64,000 nucleotides of DNA, from positions 44,268,001-44,332,000 of the forward strand of contig OX597831.1 in NCBI GenBank assembly GCA_951406725.2. The letters run 5' to 3'. Under the pieces are notes generated by a model. It was not told the DNA's origin and searched no databases. It was given only the letters and a program-made list of their open reading frames with translations. The DNA comes from Octopus vulgaris. Lineage: Eukaryota. Within the stretch, counting starts at the first letter, position 1. Each line of letters starts with the position of its first letter. Positions 29,267 through 43,098 of this stretch are shown here, piece by piece. Position numbers and translations under genes: made by a program.

Positions 29267-29717
29267 TACATATATACATATGTATATAGACATATATATA
29301 TATTATCTTTATACACACATGTACACGTATATATATAGATGCACATACAAGTACATATACTCGTATATGTATATATGCATACATACATATACATGCTCAA
29401 ACACACGCACGCGCGCGCGTTGTGTGTATAGTGCAGGTGGTTTCGATTCCTGGACCGAGTGATTGTGTTCTTGAGCAAAACACTGCAGTCCACTTAACTG
29501 GCGAAAGTGAGTTATCTTGCATCGGGCCGGCGCTCCGTTCTGGGTGGTGGAATATATAAGCTACAAAATCCGGAGAACCGGCATTAAGAGGCTACGGCCC
29601 TAGAAGGACCTTTAATCTTTCTGTATTATATATATATATGCATATATATATATAAATATGTGTGTGTGTGTGTGTGTGTACATAAATATATGTATATATA
29701 TATATATATATATATTT

Positions 29718-29808
<91 letters not shown>

Positions 29809-30158
29809 GGTGAAAGAGTTGGTATGTGAAAGCACGTGGTTGGATGTATAAAAGACAAAATAGATTAAAAAACTACAGAAGGCTTGTGTTATATGGTTAA
29901 AGAATATGCTTAAATTATTATGTTGGAAAAATGTTAGAAACTTTTGCGTGTAGTAACATTGTTTTGGGAGAAATAAACGGTTTCGTATTTTTTTCTTTTC
30001 AAATTTCTCAAATGTCTTTACCTATACTGTGTCATCGCTTCGCTATGATGTAAAATATGGAGTTCCAGACAAGGGAATGACTACCTTTTATTAATTTAAC
30101 ATAATTTGATTTAGAAAGAATAGAATGTCACAAGTGGTTAGGTTTTGCTATATATTTT

Positions 30159-30238
30159 TTGAATGAAGATATAACGATTACGGAATCAGATAAAGGAAGT
30201 GCAGTGGTAATAATGGACACATTATACTATAGAAATCT
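30159..30238 (+). pseudogene. Penelope-like RT N-terminal fragment running into the gap
   Basis: NEDITITESDKGSAVVIMDTLYY matches the PLE 'DKG..VVIMD..Y' motif. Confidence 0.65.
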
Positions 30239-30338
30239 NNNNNNNNNNNNNNNNNNNNNNNNNNNNNNNNNNNNNNNNNNNNNNNNNNNNNNNNNNNNNN
30301 NNNNNNNNNNNNNNNNNNNNNNNNNNNNNNNNNNNNNN
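30239..30338. other. assembly gap (100 N)
   Basis: Run of N. Confidence 1.
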
Positions 30339-31919
30339 TAGCTAGGTTGTGAATTTAATCCGTTTTATCATCATCGTCTTGCTTGCTCTTAGATTATTTA
30401 GTGGAGTTCACTCTCTTGGTTGAACTCTGGCTAAGAGTTTAATCTGATGATAAATTCCTTCCTTCCTCCAACAACTCATAAAGCCCCCCCAAAGCCTTGG
30501 AAATTGTCATGGATACTGCTCTTCCTCTTTTGGCAATTTTATCTAGGCTATGCTCTTTTAAGGCATGGGACACTGGGCAGTTGTCTATTGGCCTCTCTTG
30601 TCTAAGGATTCGAGAAACTGATCTTTATGAGTCAGTATGACTCGAGAAGGAAATCTAACCAACACATCTAATCGTGTCGTGTCTCTGGCCTAGACGTCTA
30701 ACATCATTGTTCAGATAACTCAGAATCATGACTCCAAAATACATGTACAACTTGGAAGAAAGAAAACGAGAATAAGCCAAGACAATGTGAAATTGAAGTC
30801 GCGACAGATAATCGAAGGCAAATATTTGTAGCATTTGAGGATTATCGCTAGCTGATAGGTGATTAATGGGGTTTGGTGACCTGGTGATTATTCACGGATT
30901 AGCTAATATCTAAAGTAGTCATTATTCATGGTTGAGGACTTAAAAATCAAAAACTTTTTCTACGTGTAAGATTATTGCTGTTGCTGTTTTGCCTCAAGTC
31001 AGCTTTGATTGACCAGAAACTATCACCAAAGGTGGTCAACCTAAGAACTTTTCAGTCCACCCTCGTATTTGATGCCGGCTACTCTGAATTATTCCCCATA
31101 CCTCATTTTTGGTAACTTTATGCAAATTACCTGGGCCATATAACTGTCCTGCCCTTTTTGTATAAGTCTTAAGTCCCTTGGCTACTGAAGATAAGATAGG
31201 ACAATTTTGCTGGTGACGACCATTGAGTCAGAAACACGCACCTACGACTGTCCTCCAGAACAATAAGCTTGTCTTTTTCCGTAATGGCATGCCACCATTT
31301 GAGTATTCTTAACTTTTGATGTTATCTCTCCGCTCTTGATTTAGAAATAGCTTTTTACCAATTACACTGCGTAACAAAATTTTTAATTTTACTTTTTAAT
31401 TTCTTTTTTTTTTTTTTTGTCTTTGGTCAGAAAGTGCTATTTCCTATTTGCTTCTATCCAAAGATCAAAGGAAATTACAACTACTCTCTTCAGACTTTTC
31501 TTTTGTGACTTGGACAACAATGTTTTGAAACTGAGCAATTTTCCATTACATTTCAGACAGATTCAGCACTGAGTTGCTGAAGCAGAAATATCGTTATAGC
31601 AAATATTCTGCTCAATATCATAGATTTGCTTGTCAGATGTTTGACCTTAACTACTTGAGCATGTTCCTCAGTGGTTGACGATATGTACATCTTGATCATG
31701 AGCAGGAGTAGAGGGAGTGCATGATAAAGATGTGTTGATAAGGATTCCTTGGAGTTTGAATTATGTTATACAGTGTTATGATACATACTCGAGAAGCACA
31801 GATAATTTTAATAAACCATGAATTTATATTGTATGATATTTGGTATACCTGTATTTGTCTATGTTACTCTCTACGTAAAGGCTCTCTATCCTTAACCCAC
31901 AAGAAAAAATAATAAATGC

Positions 31920-32165
31920 GCCCTTTTAAAGCCTAACCAGGCTCATGGGCCCCGGTTTTCCGGTTTCAATGGCGTATGTGTTCCCCAGCTGGACGGGACG
32001 CCAGTCCATCGCAGCGTTACTCATTTTTGTCAGCTGAGTGGACTGGAGCATCGTGAAATGAATTTTTTTGCTCAAGAACACAACGCGTCACCCGGTCCAA
32101 GAATCGAAACCACAATCTTACGATAATGATGCTGACACCCTAACCACTAAGCCACGCGCCTCCAC
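31920..32165 (-). mobile_element. tRNA-derived SINE (family C-related)
   Basis: Minus-strand head GGAGGCGCGTGGCTTAGTGGTTAGGGTGTCAG...GGTTTCGATTC. Related copies at 56215-56450, 56986-57290 and 59745-59960. Confidence 0.7.
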
Positions 32166-32970
32166 TTTAACCCACTTACACGTTGGATATCTAGGATAAT
32201 TCAGTTGGGTGGGGGGTTCTACATGCCTTTACGAAAGATACTCATCTCGGATAATTTGAACATTGCTCAGCAAGCTAACAAGATTTCTTGTCATGCACAA
32301 TTTGCAAAGTAAACACAGCGATGTCACTCGAAACACTGCCTCGTGAAGGTCACTGCCTGCTCTCATCACGCACGCGACCGTGTGTTGTTATGTGATGGCG
32401 CACTCGTGTATAGTTCTGCAGTGGTTTACAGCACTGACATATACCGCCTCAAGGACTCTATTTTGATTTCTCAAAAATTAAAGCAAGTATACATTGGGCA
32501 TTGTTGAGTTAAACGCCTTTGGCGATGGTTTCCTGGTCAATCAGAACTGACATGAAGTTAAACGGCAACAACAACAATCTTATACGCAGAGAAAGTCTTT
32601 AATTCTTAAACCTTCAATCATTAGTGAATTATGAGATTCATGTAATAACTACTGTAGCCATTAGCTAATCCATGAATATTCGCCATGTCGCCAAAATATT
32701 CTGGTGAGCTATCTGCTAGCGATGATCCTCAGGATTAACAAATATTTATCTTCGACATATATTTATTTATTGTGAATTTAATTACACATTGTCTAGTCCT
32801 TGACATATATACATGCACACATGCACAGATTACAAACATATATGCATCATATACATGAGTGTATATATTTAAACATGTACGTGTATGTATGTGTACGTAA
32901 ATATATATATATTTATATGTACATATACAAACTTATACACTTACACGCATGCACTCAAGCATACGTACGT

Positions 32971-33024
<54 letters not shown>

Positions 33025-33043
33025 GTGTGTGTGTGTTTGTGTG

Positions 33044-34257
33044 TTACTCAAGTTTTATTTAAAGCCTCCTTGCCGATAGAGAAAGAGCCTGTTTCTAAAT
33101 TTAGATCCAAGGCTCCTTCATTGGAAGTTCCACATCTACAGTGTATTTTTGTTTGTATGTATGTATGTATGTATGTATGTATGTATGTATGTATGTATGT
33201 ATGTATTTATGTATGTATGTATGCATGCATGTATGTATGTATGTATGAATGCATGTATGTATGTATGTATGTATGCATGCATGTATGTATGTATGTATGT
33301 ATGCATGTATGTATGTGTGTATGCATGCATGCATGTATGTATGTCTGTTTGCATGCATGCATGTATGTATGTATGTATGTATGTATGTATTTATATATGT
33401 ATGTATGCATGCATGTATGTATGTATGTATGTATTTATGTATGTATGTATGCATGCATGTATGTATGTATGTATGAATGCATGTATGTATGTATGTATGT
33501 ATGCATGCATGTATGTATGTATGTATGTATGAATGCATGTATGTATGTGTGTATGCATGCATGCATGTATGTATGTCTGTTTGCATGCATGCATGTATGT
33601 ATGTATGTATGTATGTATGTATGTATGTATTTATATATGTATGTATGCATGCATGTATGTATGTATGTATGTATGTATTTATGTATGTATGTATGCATGC
33701 ATGTATGTATGTATGTATGTATGAATGCATGTATGTATGTATGTATGTATGCATGCATGTATGTATGTATGTATGTATGTATGAATGCATGTATGTATGT
33801 GTGTATGCATGCATGCATGTATGTATGTCTGTTTGCATGCATGCATGTATGTATGTATGTATGTATGTATGTATGTATGTATTTATATATGTATGTATGC
33901 ATGCATGTATGTATGTATGTATGTATGTATGCATGCATGTATGTATGTATGTATGTATGCATGCATGTATGTATGTATGTATGAATGCGTGTATGTATGT
34001 GTGTATGCATGCGTGCATGTATGTATGTATGTGTGTATGCATGCATGCATGTATTTATGTATGTATGTATGTATGCATGTATGTATGTATGTATGTATGT
34101 ATGTATGTATTATGTATGTATGTATGCATGTATGTATATGCGCAATATTTGAAGTCAGTGCATGTGCAGATTTGCATGTTTTGTCTTATGTAGGCATTTA
34201 TTATCATGCATATAATTGCATGTCAGGACATGCGCATACATAGTTAAATGATGAACT
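33044..34257 (-). mobile_element. 3' end of the CATA-associated RLE element with the internal microsatellite expanded to ~1 kb
   Basis: 34160-34257 is homologous (reverse complement) to 59438-59522, and 33044-33150 to 15637-15742. A TATG/TGCA array lies between them. Confidence 0.7.
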
Positions 34258-35024
34258 CACGTATGTATGTATGCATGCATGTATGTATGTATGTATGTAT
34301 GTATGTACGCATGTATGTATGCACGTATGTATGCATGTATGTATGTATGCACGTATGTATGCATGCATGTATGTATGTATGTATGTATGTATGCATGTAT
34401 GTATATATGTATGTATGCATGTATGCACGTATGTATGCATGCATGTATGTATGTATGTATGTATGTATGTATGTATGTATGCATGTATGTATGTATGTAT
34501 GTATGCATGTATGTATGTATGTATGTATGTATGCATGTATTTATGTATGTATGTATGTATGTACGTGTGATTTTCTTTGATTTCTCTCCCGCGTGCGTAA
34601 TGTCCGGTTTTTCACATCCTTCATCTTAGTTATTTCATGTCCTTCGTAGATTATACTTCGTACCAATTTCTTAGAGACTGCTTTACATCTTCTGGGCAAT
34701 CTCCTACATTCCGGACTATCAGACTATTTACCGCCGTTGTGTTATTTATTAATTAATTCATTTGTGTTATTTATGAGTATGACATAAAAGAAAATCATTG
34801 CTTTATTCACTTTAAATCAGTTGGGGATAGTGATGATATCTTTGGGGATAAAGATACCCATATTACCTTTATTTTATTCCTATACTCATGCTATGTTTAA
34901 GGTTTAATTATTTTTATGTGGTGGGAATATTATTCATTCTTATTGTGGTGCACAGAATATTCGAGATATTTACTAATTTCTTTGACTTTCCATCCATTCA
35001 CAAAATTCAGGCATTTTCAGTTTC

Positions 35025-35251
35025 TGCGAGCTGGCAGAAACGTTAGCACGCCGGGCGAAATGCGTAGGCGTATTTCGTCTGTCGTTACGTTCTGAGTTCA
35101 AATTCCGCCGAGGTCGACTTTGCCTTTCATCCTTTCGGGGTCGATAAATTAAGTACCAGTTACGCACTGGGGTCGATGTAAACGACTTGATCCCTTTGTC
35201 TGTCCGTGTTTGTCCCCTCTATGTTTAGCCCCTTGTGGGCAATAAAGAAAT
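35025..35251 (+). mobile_element. SINE family B, monomer
   Basis: Complete copy; tail TTTGTCCCCTCTATGTTTAGCCCCTTGTGGGCAATAAAGAAATA. Confidence 0.85.
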
Positions 35252-35827
35252 ATACATTATGCTGTCCCACTTTGTTAAAACGCGTTTACCCACCCCTGGG
35301 TTTCTTTGTTATGCACCTTGGCTCACATCAGTGAGATCTTCTACCTTCCTCTTGCCGTCCCATGTGCTTCATCAATACTCTCGCTCACGTTCTTACCTCC
35401 TCACATCTATGCAATCATACCATCAGCGACCCGATTCTACTGACTCTTTCGCCACAACTTTCTCTCTCTCTTTCTTTCTCCTCCTGCATCTATCAGCTCA
35501 CTTGTGATGGAACGGCGTCCCGTCCACGTGGGGAACCTATACGCCAATAACACCGGGAAACTGGCCCTTATGATCCAGGCATGGCTCGAGAAGGAACATA
35601 TAACAACAACAACAACATATCTGTATATATATATATATATATATATATACATTATGTCTATTTTGTATATGTCATATATCATACACACACACACACACGC
35701 ATATATGTACATACACACGCACGCACACACACATATACGACGAGCTTTTTTTCAGTTTTAGTCTACCAAATCTACTCACAAGGCTTTGGTCGGCCTGAAG
35801 CTAATGTAGAAGACACTTACCCAAGGT

Positions 35828-36200
35828 GCAGGCGCGGTTTTGCGATAGGTAGCTTGCTTCACAACCACATGGTTCCGTGTTCAATCCCACTGCGCTGCAC
35901 CTTGGGCAAGTGTCTTCTACCTTAGCCTCAGGCCGACCAAAGCCTTGTGAGTGGATTTGGTAGACGGAAACTGAAAGAAGTTCGTAGTATGTGTATGTGT
36001 GTGTGCATGAGTGTGTCTGTGTGTCTGTGATGTCCCCCACCGCCGCTTGACAACCGGTTTTGGTGCGTTTACTTCCCCGTAATCAAGAGATTGATAGAAT
36101 AAGTGCCAAGCTTTAAAAAAGGTAAGTCTTGAAGTCAAAACTCTTTAAAGCGGTACCCCAGCATTGCCGCAGTCAAATAACTGAAACAAGTAAAAGATAA
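35828..36200 (+). mobile_element. SINE family A (diverged), head-to-head with an inverted fragment at about 35735-35828
   Basis: Family A head, core and tail. The upstream fragment is the reverse complement of the core. Confidence 0.75.
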
Positions 36201-36727
36201 AGATAAAAGATAGATGATATATTATATGTATCATTTTATATATTATAAATGGAAATTTCTGTCTGTTATCATCTTAGTTCCTCAACCGGCGAATCAATAT
36301 TTACGAAACTTTGCATACATGTTACACTAACATCCAGTTCAATAATAGGCTAATTGGATTTCAATAAAAATCTATTATGTGCTCCCCAGGTGGGTTGGGC
36401 AAATTATATGATGAAACGAAAAAGGTGCAAAGAGTGTTAGTCAGAGGGAAACGCAGTAGCAGAGTAAGGGTGACTTATATCACGAAAAGGGAGAATTTCG
36501 TTATGTAAGCGACAAATATTATGTTACAATGGGATGGTAAACTTAATACAGCTGTCATATACACGTAACGCTGCAAGCTTACTTTCGTAAATACATAGAT
36601 ATAAAGCACACGCGCACACACAGAAATATGGGTGTGAGGAATACGTTGCTTCAAGGAGCGAGGGGTAGGTGGATTTTCTGATGTCCATCGCAAAGGAACA
36701 CACACACAGACACACATACAGAGATAC

Positions 36728-36780
<53 letters not shown>

Positions 36781-37796
36781 CATATACATACTATACACCA
36801 TTTTAAACGCCTGATTACCTTTGTGTATGTGTGTGTGTATGTGTGTGTGTGTGTATGTGTGTGTGTGTGCACGTGTGTGCGTGTGTGTGTGTATGTGTGT
36901 GTATGTCATGACCTATAACTGCCTGTCTCTCTACTTTTGCAGGATCTTCCCTGTTGCTGTCACATATTGCGAGATTTTAAAATTACATCAAAATTTTCAA
37001 ATTTGGTATGTTGAAATACTTTTCCACGTTAAATTCGATTTTGTCATTTATTTTTTCAAGAAAAATTACAGAAAAATGTTACTGAGTTTTAAAGTTTAAT
37101 CGATTTTACCTAATCAGAAAACAAGATTTAGAAGCTGACATTTTCTACATGACAGTTTCATGATAGCTCGCATTTTCTGAATGATAGTTATCTATCACAA
37201 AATGAAAGCAAAATCATTAGGAGGAGGAATTTTTTTTATTAAACAAATCAAAGCAAAGCATTACGACGACAAAGTTGTAAGAACTTCTGAAATTTTAATG
37301 AATAAAGTCATGTGAAATAGTCGAACAGACAAATAAATAATTTAAAAGAGGAAAAAATCCTCAACGAAGTTTTTTGCGAAAAATTGCATAAATCTGTCCT
37401 GCTCAAGAGGCCTATCTGTCGGGGAAGTCATGGTCTAACATGGAATAAACAAGAATTTCTACAAGACATTCTATTGTAAAAATTGCCTGGCAACGACAAG
37501 CTATTCAGTTGAAAGCCGCCCCCCACGTGACTGAAAGTGGACTAAATGATTTCAATAAAATAAAGAACTGAGTGAAGTGTTAGCGACAGTTGACAGTGTT
37601 GGTCGACCGTATTGGTTACTATGTTTGTGCGACGTGTGTTGTTTTAATGTCGTATCTACGTTCGAGCAGTACGAAGAGCGTTCTTTGTGAACATATATTC
37701 TGCGACAGATTATTCTAGATAACCACATTCCAAATAAGTATTTGAGTAATACTATATTTACACCCGACGTTCACACCCACGTCATAACAAGTGACA

Positions 37797-37866
37797 CAAT
37801 ATAATATAATATAATATAATATAATATAATATAATATAATATAATATAATATAATATAATATAATA
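37797..37866. repeat. (ATAAT)n pentanucleotide microsatellite
   Basis: Seen directly. Confidence 0.95.
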
Positions 37867-38457
37867 TTGTATAATATATGATGTGCATTTATGCATATAT
37901 TGTTAAGTGGCAAAAAATTCCTACTTCGGCCACGAAACCCTGGGCAACTGTATTTCTCAAAGCCCTCTGCAGTTTTTATTATATCTTGACACTTTTAGCT
38001 GATCGAGTGCTATACTACTTGTTCTATATATCGTTAGCAGTGGAATGTGACTGGTATGCGATAAGCAGACGCCTGCAACGGATGAATGACATGTACGCTG
38101 AAATCATGTGATCTCGCAGATCGCTCACCTATGCAAGAGGATTCTTGTATGGTAATAATATATTTGTGCCCTTAGCACTGTACGAGAGGATCTGTGTATG
38201 AGAGGAACTCTCAAGGGGAATATCGCAGTAATACGGCTTTCTAATAATACATCCATATAAGTATGATATTCAGATTACCATTCATATAAACAAAGTTTGG
38301 TATAAAATGTCTGTGTCATTTTCTATAGGCCCACATACATATACACACTTCAACACACGACACATTCACATGCACATATGTACACTTGTTTTCTATATAC
38401 ACACATGCACCTATACTCACTTAAACACAGGGAAAAGGTTGAAATGTATACAGATAT

Positions 38458-38925
38458 ACAGATACATTCCTCTTTGGTAGAGCTCTCATTGACTTCTTCA
38501 AGATTCACTTGAAAAGGAAATTGAGAGTGGAGAGGGAAGTGCTGTTCTCGAGTGAGTTTATTGGAAGGTGGGTGGAAGTTGCGAAAATAGCAAGAATGGA
38601 TGGTATCTCTCTAAGTGTAAACATGTGAGTCGGAGGGAATGAATTGAAGAGGGCACTTACTCCTGAGGTTTCAGGGAAATCTCGGACTGTGGGGTATCAG
38701 GAGGGTCACATCTCTATCATCCTCCACACCACTTTTTAAAAACCTTTGTACGCTATGCATATGTCCTTTCTTTTTCAGTGTATACCGTGTATACTTACTT
38801 TCTTTCACTTTCTTTTTCATCATTTCGTTATATGTCCACCCCAACACTTTACGTCTGTCTGTATTGATCCCCTCATCCTTCGCCCTTGTGGCAAATAAAT
38901 GAAATCATTATCATTATTATTATTA
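38458..38925 (+). mobile_element. Tx1-like LINE 3' fragment, sister family with an (ATT)n tail
   Basis: GRALIDFFKIHLKRKLRVEREVLFSSEFIGRWVEVAKIAR aligns to the ORF2 C-terminus GHSLINFFKYHLKRKVRMEREVLSRERFNKRWVNVAKMVR. Stop at 38626-38628; 3' end GCCCTTGTGGCAAATAAATGAAATCATTATCATTATT. Confidence 0.85.
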
Positions 38926-38990
38926 CATGAAAACTCACAGCATAGTTTGTTGGGTATGATGGAAAGTGTCAGCTGTCCACAACCAGCAGA

Positions 38991-39945
38991 TTATTATTAT
39001 TATTTATTGTCTTTGCACAGCTTCTAAGGTTGGAGACGTACTAATTAGTTCACTACCAATGAGCTAAGGTAACACTCCTTATTTTTCGAGCATCTTCCGG
39101 AGTATTCGAGCAATCCCAAGCAGTGCTGTTTTCTGCAAGTGCTCCACCCTTATTGCAGCCCTCATTTGTTCCATGTACTTCTCAAAATTTTTACTCACTG
39201 TTCCCAGGGCTCCGACAATTATCGGTACTATTACCACCTTTTTCATCGACCACAACTGCTTAACTTCACAAGCAAACTTGTCATATCTACCGACTTTTCT
39301 TTCTTCCTTATCGCATACCTTGTTGCTAGCTGGGCATGCTATATCTATGATCCAGCATAGTTTGCATTCTTTCTCAATTAACACTATGTCTGGTTTCCTA
39401 TTTTCTATCTCATGGTCGCACTGAATCATAAAATCCCATAGGATTTTTGCATTATCATTTTCGATGATGCCTTCGGGTTTATGATCGTACCACATCTTTG
39501 CTCAAGTCCATACTTGTTGCAAAGTGACAAATAGACAATCCTTGCTATATTGTCATGACGTCTCTTATATTCTTTCTGGGCCAGTGGCGTACAATGACTG
39601 GTAATATGCTATACGGTTTCAACATTTTGTCCACAAATTCTGCACTTATCACTTTCTAATGCGTTATCTATTCTGTATTTGATGTAATTGGTTCTTTATG
39701 CTTGCTCTTGGGCAGCACACATTAGAGTCTCCGTTTTCGGTTTAAATCACTTTTAGTCGTCCATAGCCGTCTTTTTTCTCTGTCTTATCTTCAAAATCCC
39801 TATGAAATTGTCTATGCATGCTTTTCTTTATCCACCTATTTTCAGTTTCATTCATTCTCAAGTCCTTGTCAAGTGCTTTATCTTTGCAATTTTCCATCCT
39901 ATACAAACCTGACCTTCTTACTTCCAATAATAGCGGGACTGTGGC
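38991..39945 (-). mobile_element. Dong/R4-clade non-LTR 3' fragment (CCHC plus restriction-like endonuclease) in (TAA)n
   Basis: AAQEQA, CRICGQNVETV*HITSHC, RRHDNIAR, KILWDF, RKPDIVLI...IIDIACP, K..RY and LQKTALLG. (TAA)n lies at both junctions. Confidence 0.85.
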
Positions 39946-39961
39946 ATTTTATTATTATTAC

Positions 39962-40041
<80 letters not shown>

Positions 40042-40204
40042 ATAGTAGTAGTAGTAGTAGTATCATTGTTATTATTATTATTATTGCTATAGAAACAATT
40101 GTTAAAACATAAAAGTTTGAATGCATTTTCCTTATTACATTAGCTATTCAAATACACACACACACAAACACACATTAATGTATCGTGTTTACTCAACCAA
40201 ACGC

Positions 40205-40249
<45 letters not shown>

Positions 40250-40585
40250 TTATATATATATATGTATACGTACATTCATGTATAATAGTTCCTATGTGTA
40301 CAGTTAGATGTACGACTGCTTTTGTGCTTATATATATATATATATATTTGTATATATATATGTATATATATATACATACATACACACACACACACACACA
40401 TATATATATGTGTGTGTGTGTGTGTATGTGTGTGTATGTGTGTGTGTATGCAAACATGCACACTTACATATTCATATACATCTATACATGAACACACGTG
40501 TTTGTTTATATACACACATAAACGTATATACAAGCACACACGCATACGCCCGCACACCCGCACACATGCACACACGCACACACAC

Positions 40586-40648
<63 letters not shown>

Positions 40649-41340
40649 TGCTTGAAACGAACACGTTCTGCTACATGACCTACAACACTTCTAGGATCAA
40701 CAGCTTTGATGAATTTTCCATCATCCGTAGCTTTCACTGCTGAATTGGCAAGCTCAGTTTAATAATCCACTACTCGTAATTCACTTACAAATCCGCTATG
40801 ACTTCACGAAAAAAATAATAAAACATAATTCCTGTTTATACACCTGAATTGTATTTTCATTGATTTTATTTGGTTTATTATTTTATTTTAATTAAGAATT
40901 ACAAAGGTGATAATACAATTGTAAATGAACGGGAAAAAATTGTAATGTTCAGGTCATTGTTTTAATGGGGTTTTTTCGAGGGCGTGAGCGACTTAAATGA
41001 ACGGAATTAAATTGTAACGTTAAAGGCTTGCGAGGAAGGGATGGCTTCCCTTTGCAAATACTCCAAGGACACTGATATTGTGTCTAAAACCAGCTAGAGA
41101 CGACGATCTCTTGGGGCTATAAAGCTACAGTAACACCCCCTCCCCAATGTGGTTAGCCATGATAAGATGGCTTCTATACTTTACGTTAAAGTCTTTGTTT
41201 AATGATTTTTCAAGGACATAAGCGACTTAAATCATTTGAAATTAATCGGCTGCGATCGGGAATGAAAATATTGTTGTCAAGAAACAAACATTGACCAAGT
41301 TGCCCACATGTACTCCAGTGACGAGGCTGTTTGTCTAGAT

Positions 41341-42106
41341 CAGTGGTTTTCAACCGGAGTCCGTATGGTCCCTGAGGATCCATATAAGATTTAGCGGAGA
41401 TAAGTGGAGGCGCAATGGCCCAGTGGTTAGAGCAGCGGACTCGCGGTCATAGGATCGCGGTTTCGATTCCCAGACCGGGCGTTGTGAGTGTTTATTGAGC
41501 GAAAACACCTAAAAGCTCCACGCGGCTCCGGCTGGGGATGGTGGTGATCCCTGCTGTACTCTTTCACCACAACTTTCTCTCACTCTTACTTCCTGTTTCT
41601 GTTGTACCTGTATTTCAAGGGGCCGGCCTTGTCACTCTCTGTTTCACGCTGAATATCCCCGAGAACTACGTTAAGGGTGCACGTGTCTGTGGAGTGCTCA
41701 GCCACTTACACGTTAATTTCACGAGCAGGCTGTTCCGTTGATTCGGATCAACCGGAACCCTCATCGTCGTAACCGACGGAGTGCTTCCAACCAAATCCCA
41801 GCGGGGATAAGGGTCCACGCAAAAAAGTACTAAATTAGGTATCCACAATAATATTTTAAGGGCCCCTGAAAAAAAAATTTGCTTTAGACATATGTATTGG
41901 TATTTATTTCAAGAAGCAGCAAAGCTCTCTTTCACTTACGTTTTACATAGTTCAACCTACACGAGTTGATGTGTGGAAAACAAATTAGGAATTTTGAAAG
42001 AAGTTTCTATAAAACTAGTTTTTAAACATTGAATGGCTATTGGGGTCCACCAGAATAAAATAGTAATCAAAGGGGTTCATAGATAAAAATTAGTTGAGGA
42101 TTCCTG
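41341..42106. mobile_element. hAT (Charlie-like) non-autonomous element containing a nested SINE
   Basis: Ends CAGTGGTTTTCAACC / AGTTGAGGATTCCTG; 8-bp TSD GTCTAGAT / GTCTACAT. Confidence 0.8.
41406..41790 (+). mobile_element. tRNA(Arg-like)-derived SINE family C
   Basis: GGAGGCGCAATGGCCCAGTGGTTAGAGCAGCGGACTCGCGGTCATAGGATCGCGGTTTCGATTCC, with A and B boxes and a non-tRNA body. Confidence 0.8.
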
Positions 42107-42431
42107 GTCTACATTCCAAAAATGGATACTTTTTGATAAGACCCAATGCTAATGTCTACAGAGAGATGAAAACGATGGTTGAGTGGATGGATGGATGGAG
42201 GGAGGGAGGGAGGGAGGGAGGGAGAGAATGATGGACGGACGGATGAACGGACGGACGGACGGACGGATAGATGGATGGATTGGAGGTTATATGTGTGTGT
42301 GCATGATAAAAGCAATATAAAATGCATGCTAATTCACTGAACCTGGTAATTTAGTTGATCGAACAACTGACCAGTCGTGGTTGGAAATACCGACCGAGAT
42401 CTATCTATCAATCTATTTTATTTATATTTTC

Positions 42432-42536
<105 letters not shown>

Positions 42537-42633
42537 ATTATCTCTCTATTTATCTATCTATCTATTTTATTTATATTTTTATCTATCAGTCTATCTATCT
42601 GTTTTATTTATATTTTCTTCTATCTGTCTATCC

Positions 42634-42696
<63 letters not shown>

Positions 42697-42741
42697 CATC
42701 CATATCTATCTATCTATCTGTTTGTCTGTCTGTCTATCTAT

Positions 42742-43056
42742 AACACAAACACACCATCATCAAACCCCCCAAAAATGTTGACAGCCATAAACACAAACAA
42801 CCACGACCTAATGGAACACATTAGGTCAAACACTAACATTACTGAAAACGACATAAAAACAAGTAACCACCCACACACAACACCACCACAACACATTAAA
42901 ATAATACACGTGACACAGAACACATACAGCACCCTGAAATCTCTTTACCCTGATGCAGTAGGGAGATTTCAAAAGTACTCATCAAAAAAACTGTATAAAA
43001 GCCTCATAGAAGAAGACCGTGAGGTGAAAGACAAAGAACTTTCGGAAAACAAGTAA
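42742..43056 (+). pseudogene. probable C-terminal remnant of ORF1
   Basis: The frame is open from the 5' junction (NTNTPSSNPPKM...KELSENK*) and ends 42 bp before the ORF2 ATG. It is T/N/P-rich with no diagnostic motif. Confidence 0.55.
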
Positions 43057-43098
43057 CCTTTTCTCTCTCCTTTTCCTTTTTTGCACTTTTATCGGAAC

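Noticed and set aside
33025-34580. Long ORFs such as the 319-aa MYVC-repeat and HTYI-repeat frames (also YLSI, YI and CV ORFs throughout the window)
   Set aside because: These are translations of stop-free microsatellites, not genes.
41406-41480. Functional tRNA-Arg gene
   Set aside because: There is no convincing acceptor stem or terminator; the sequence continues into a dispersed SINE body with several copies.
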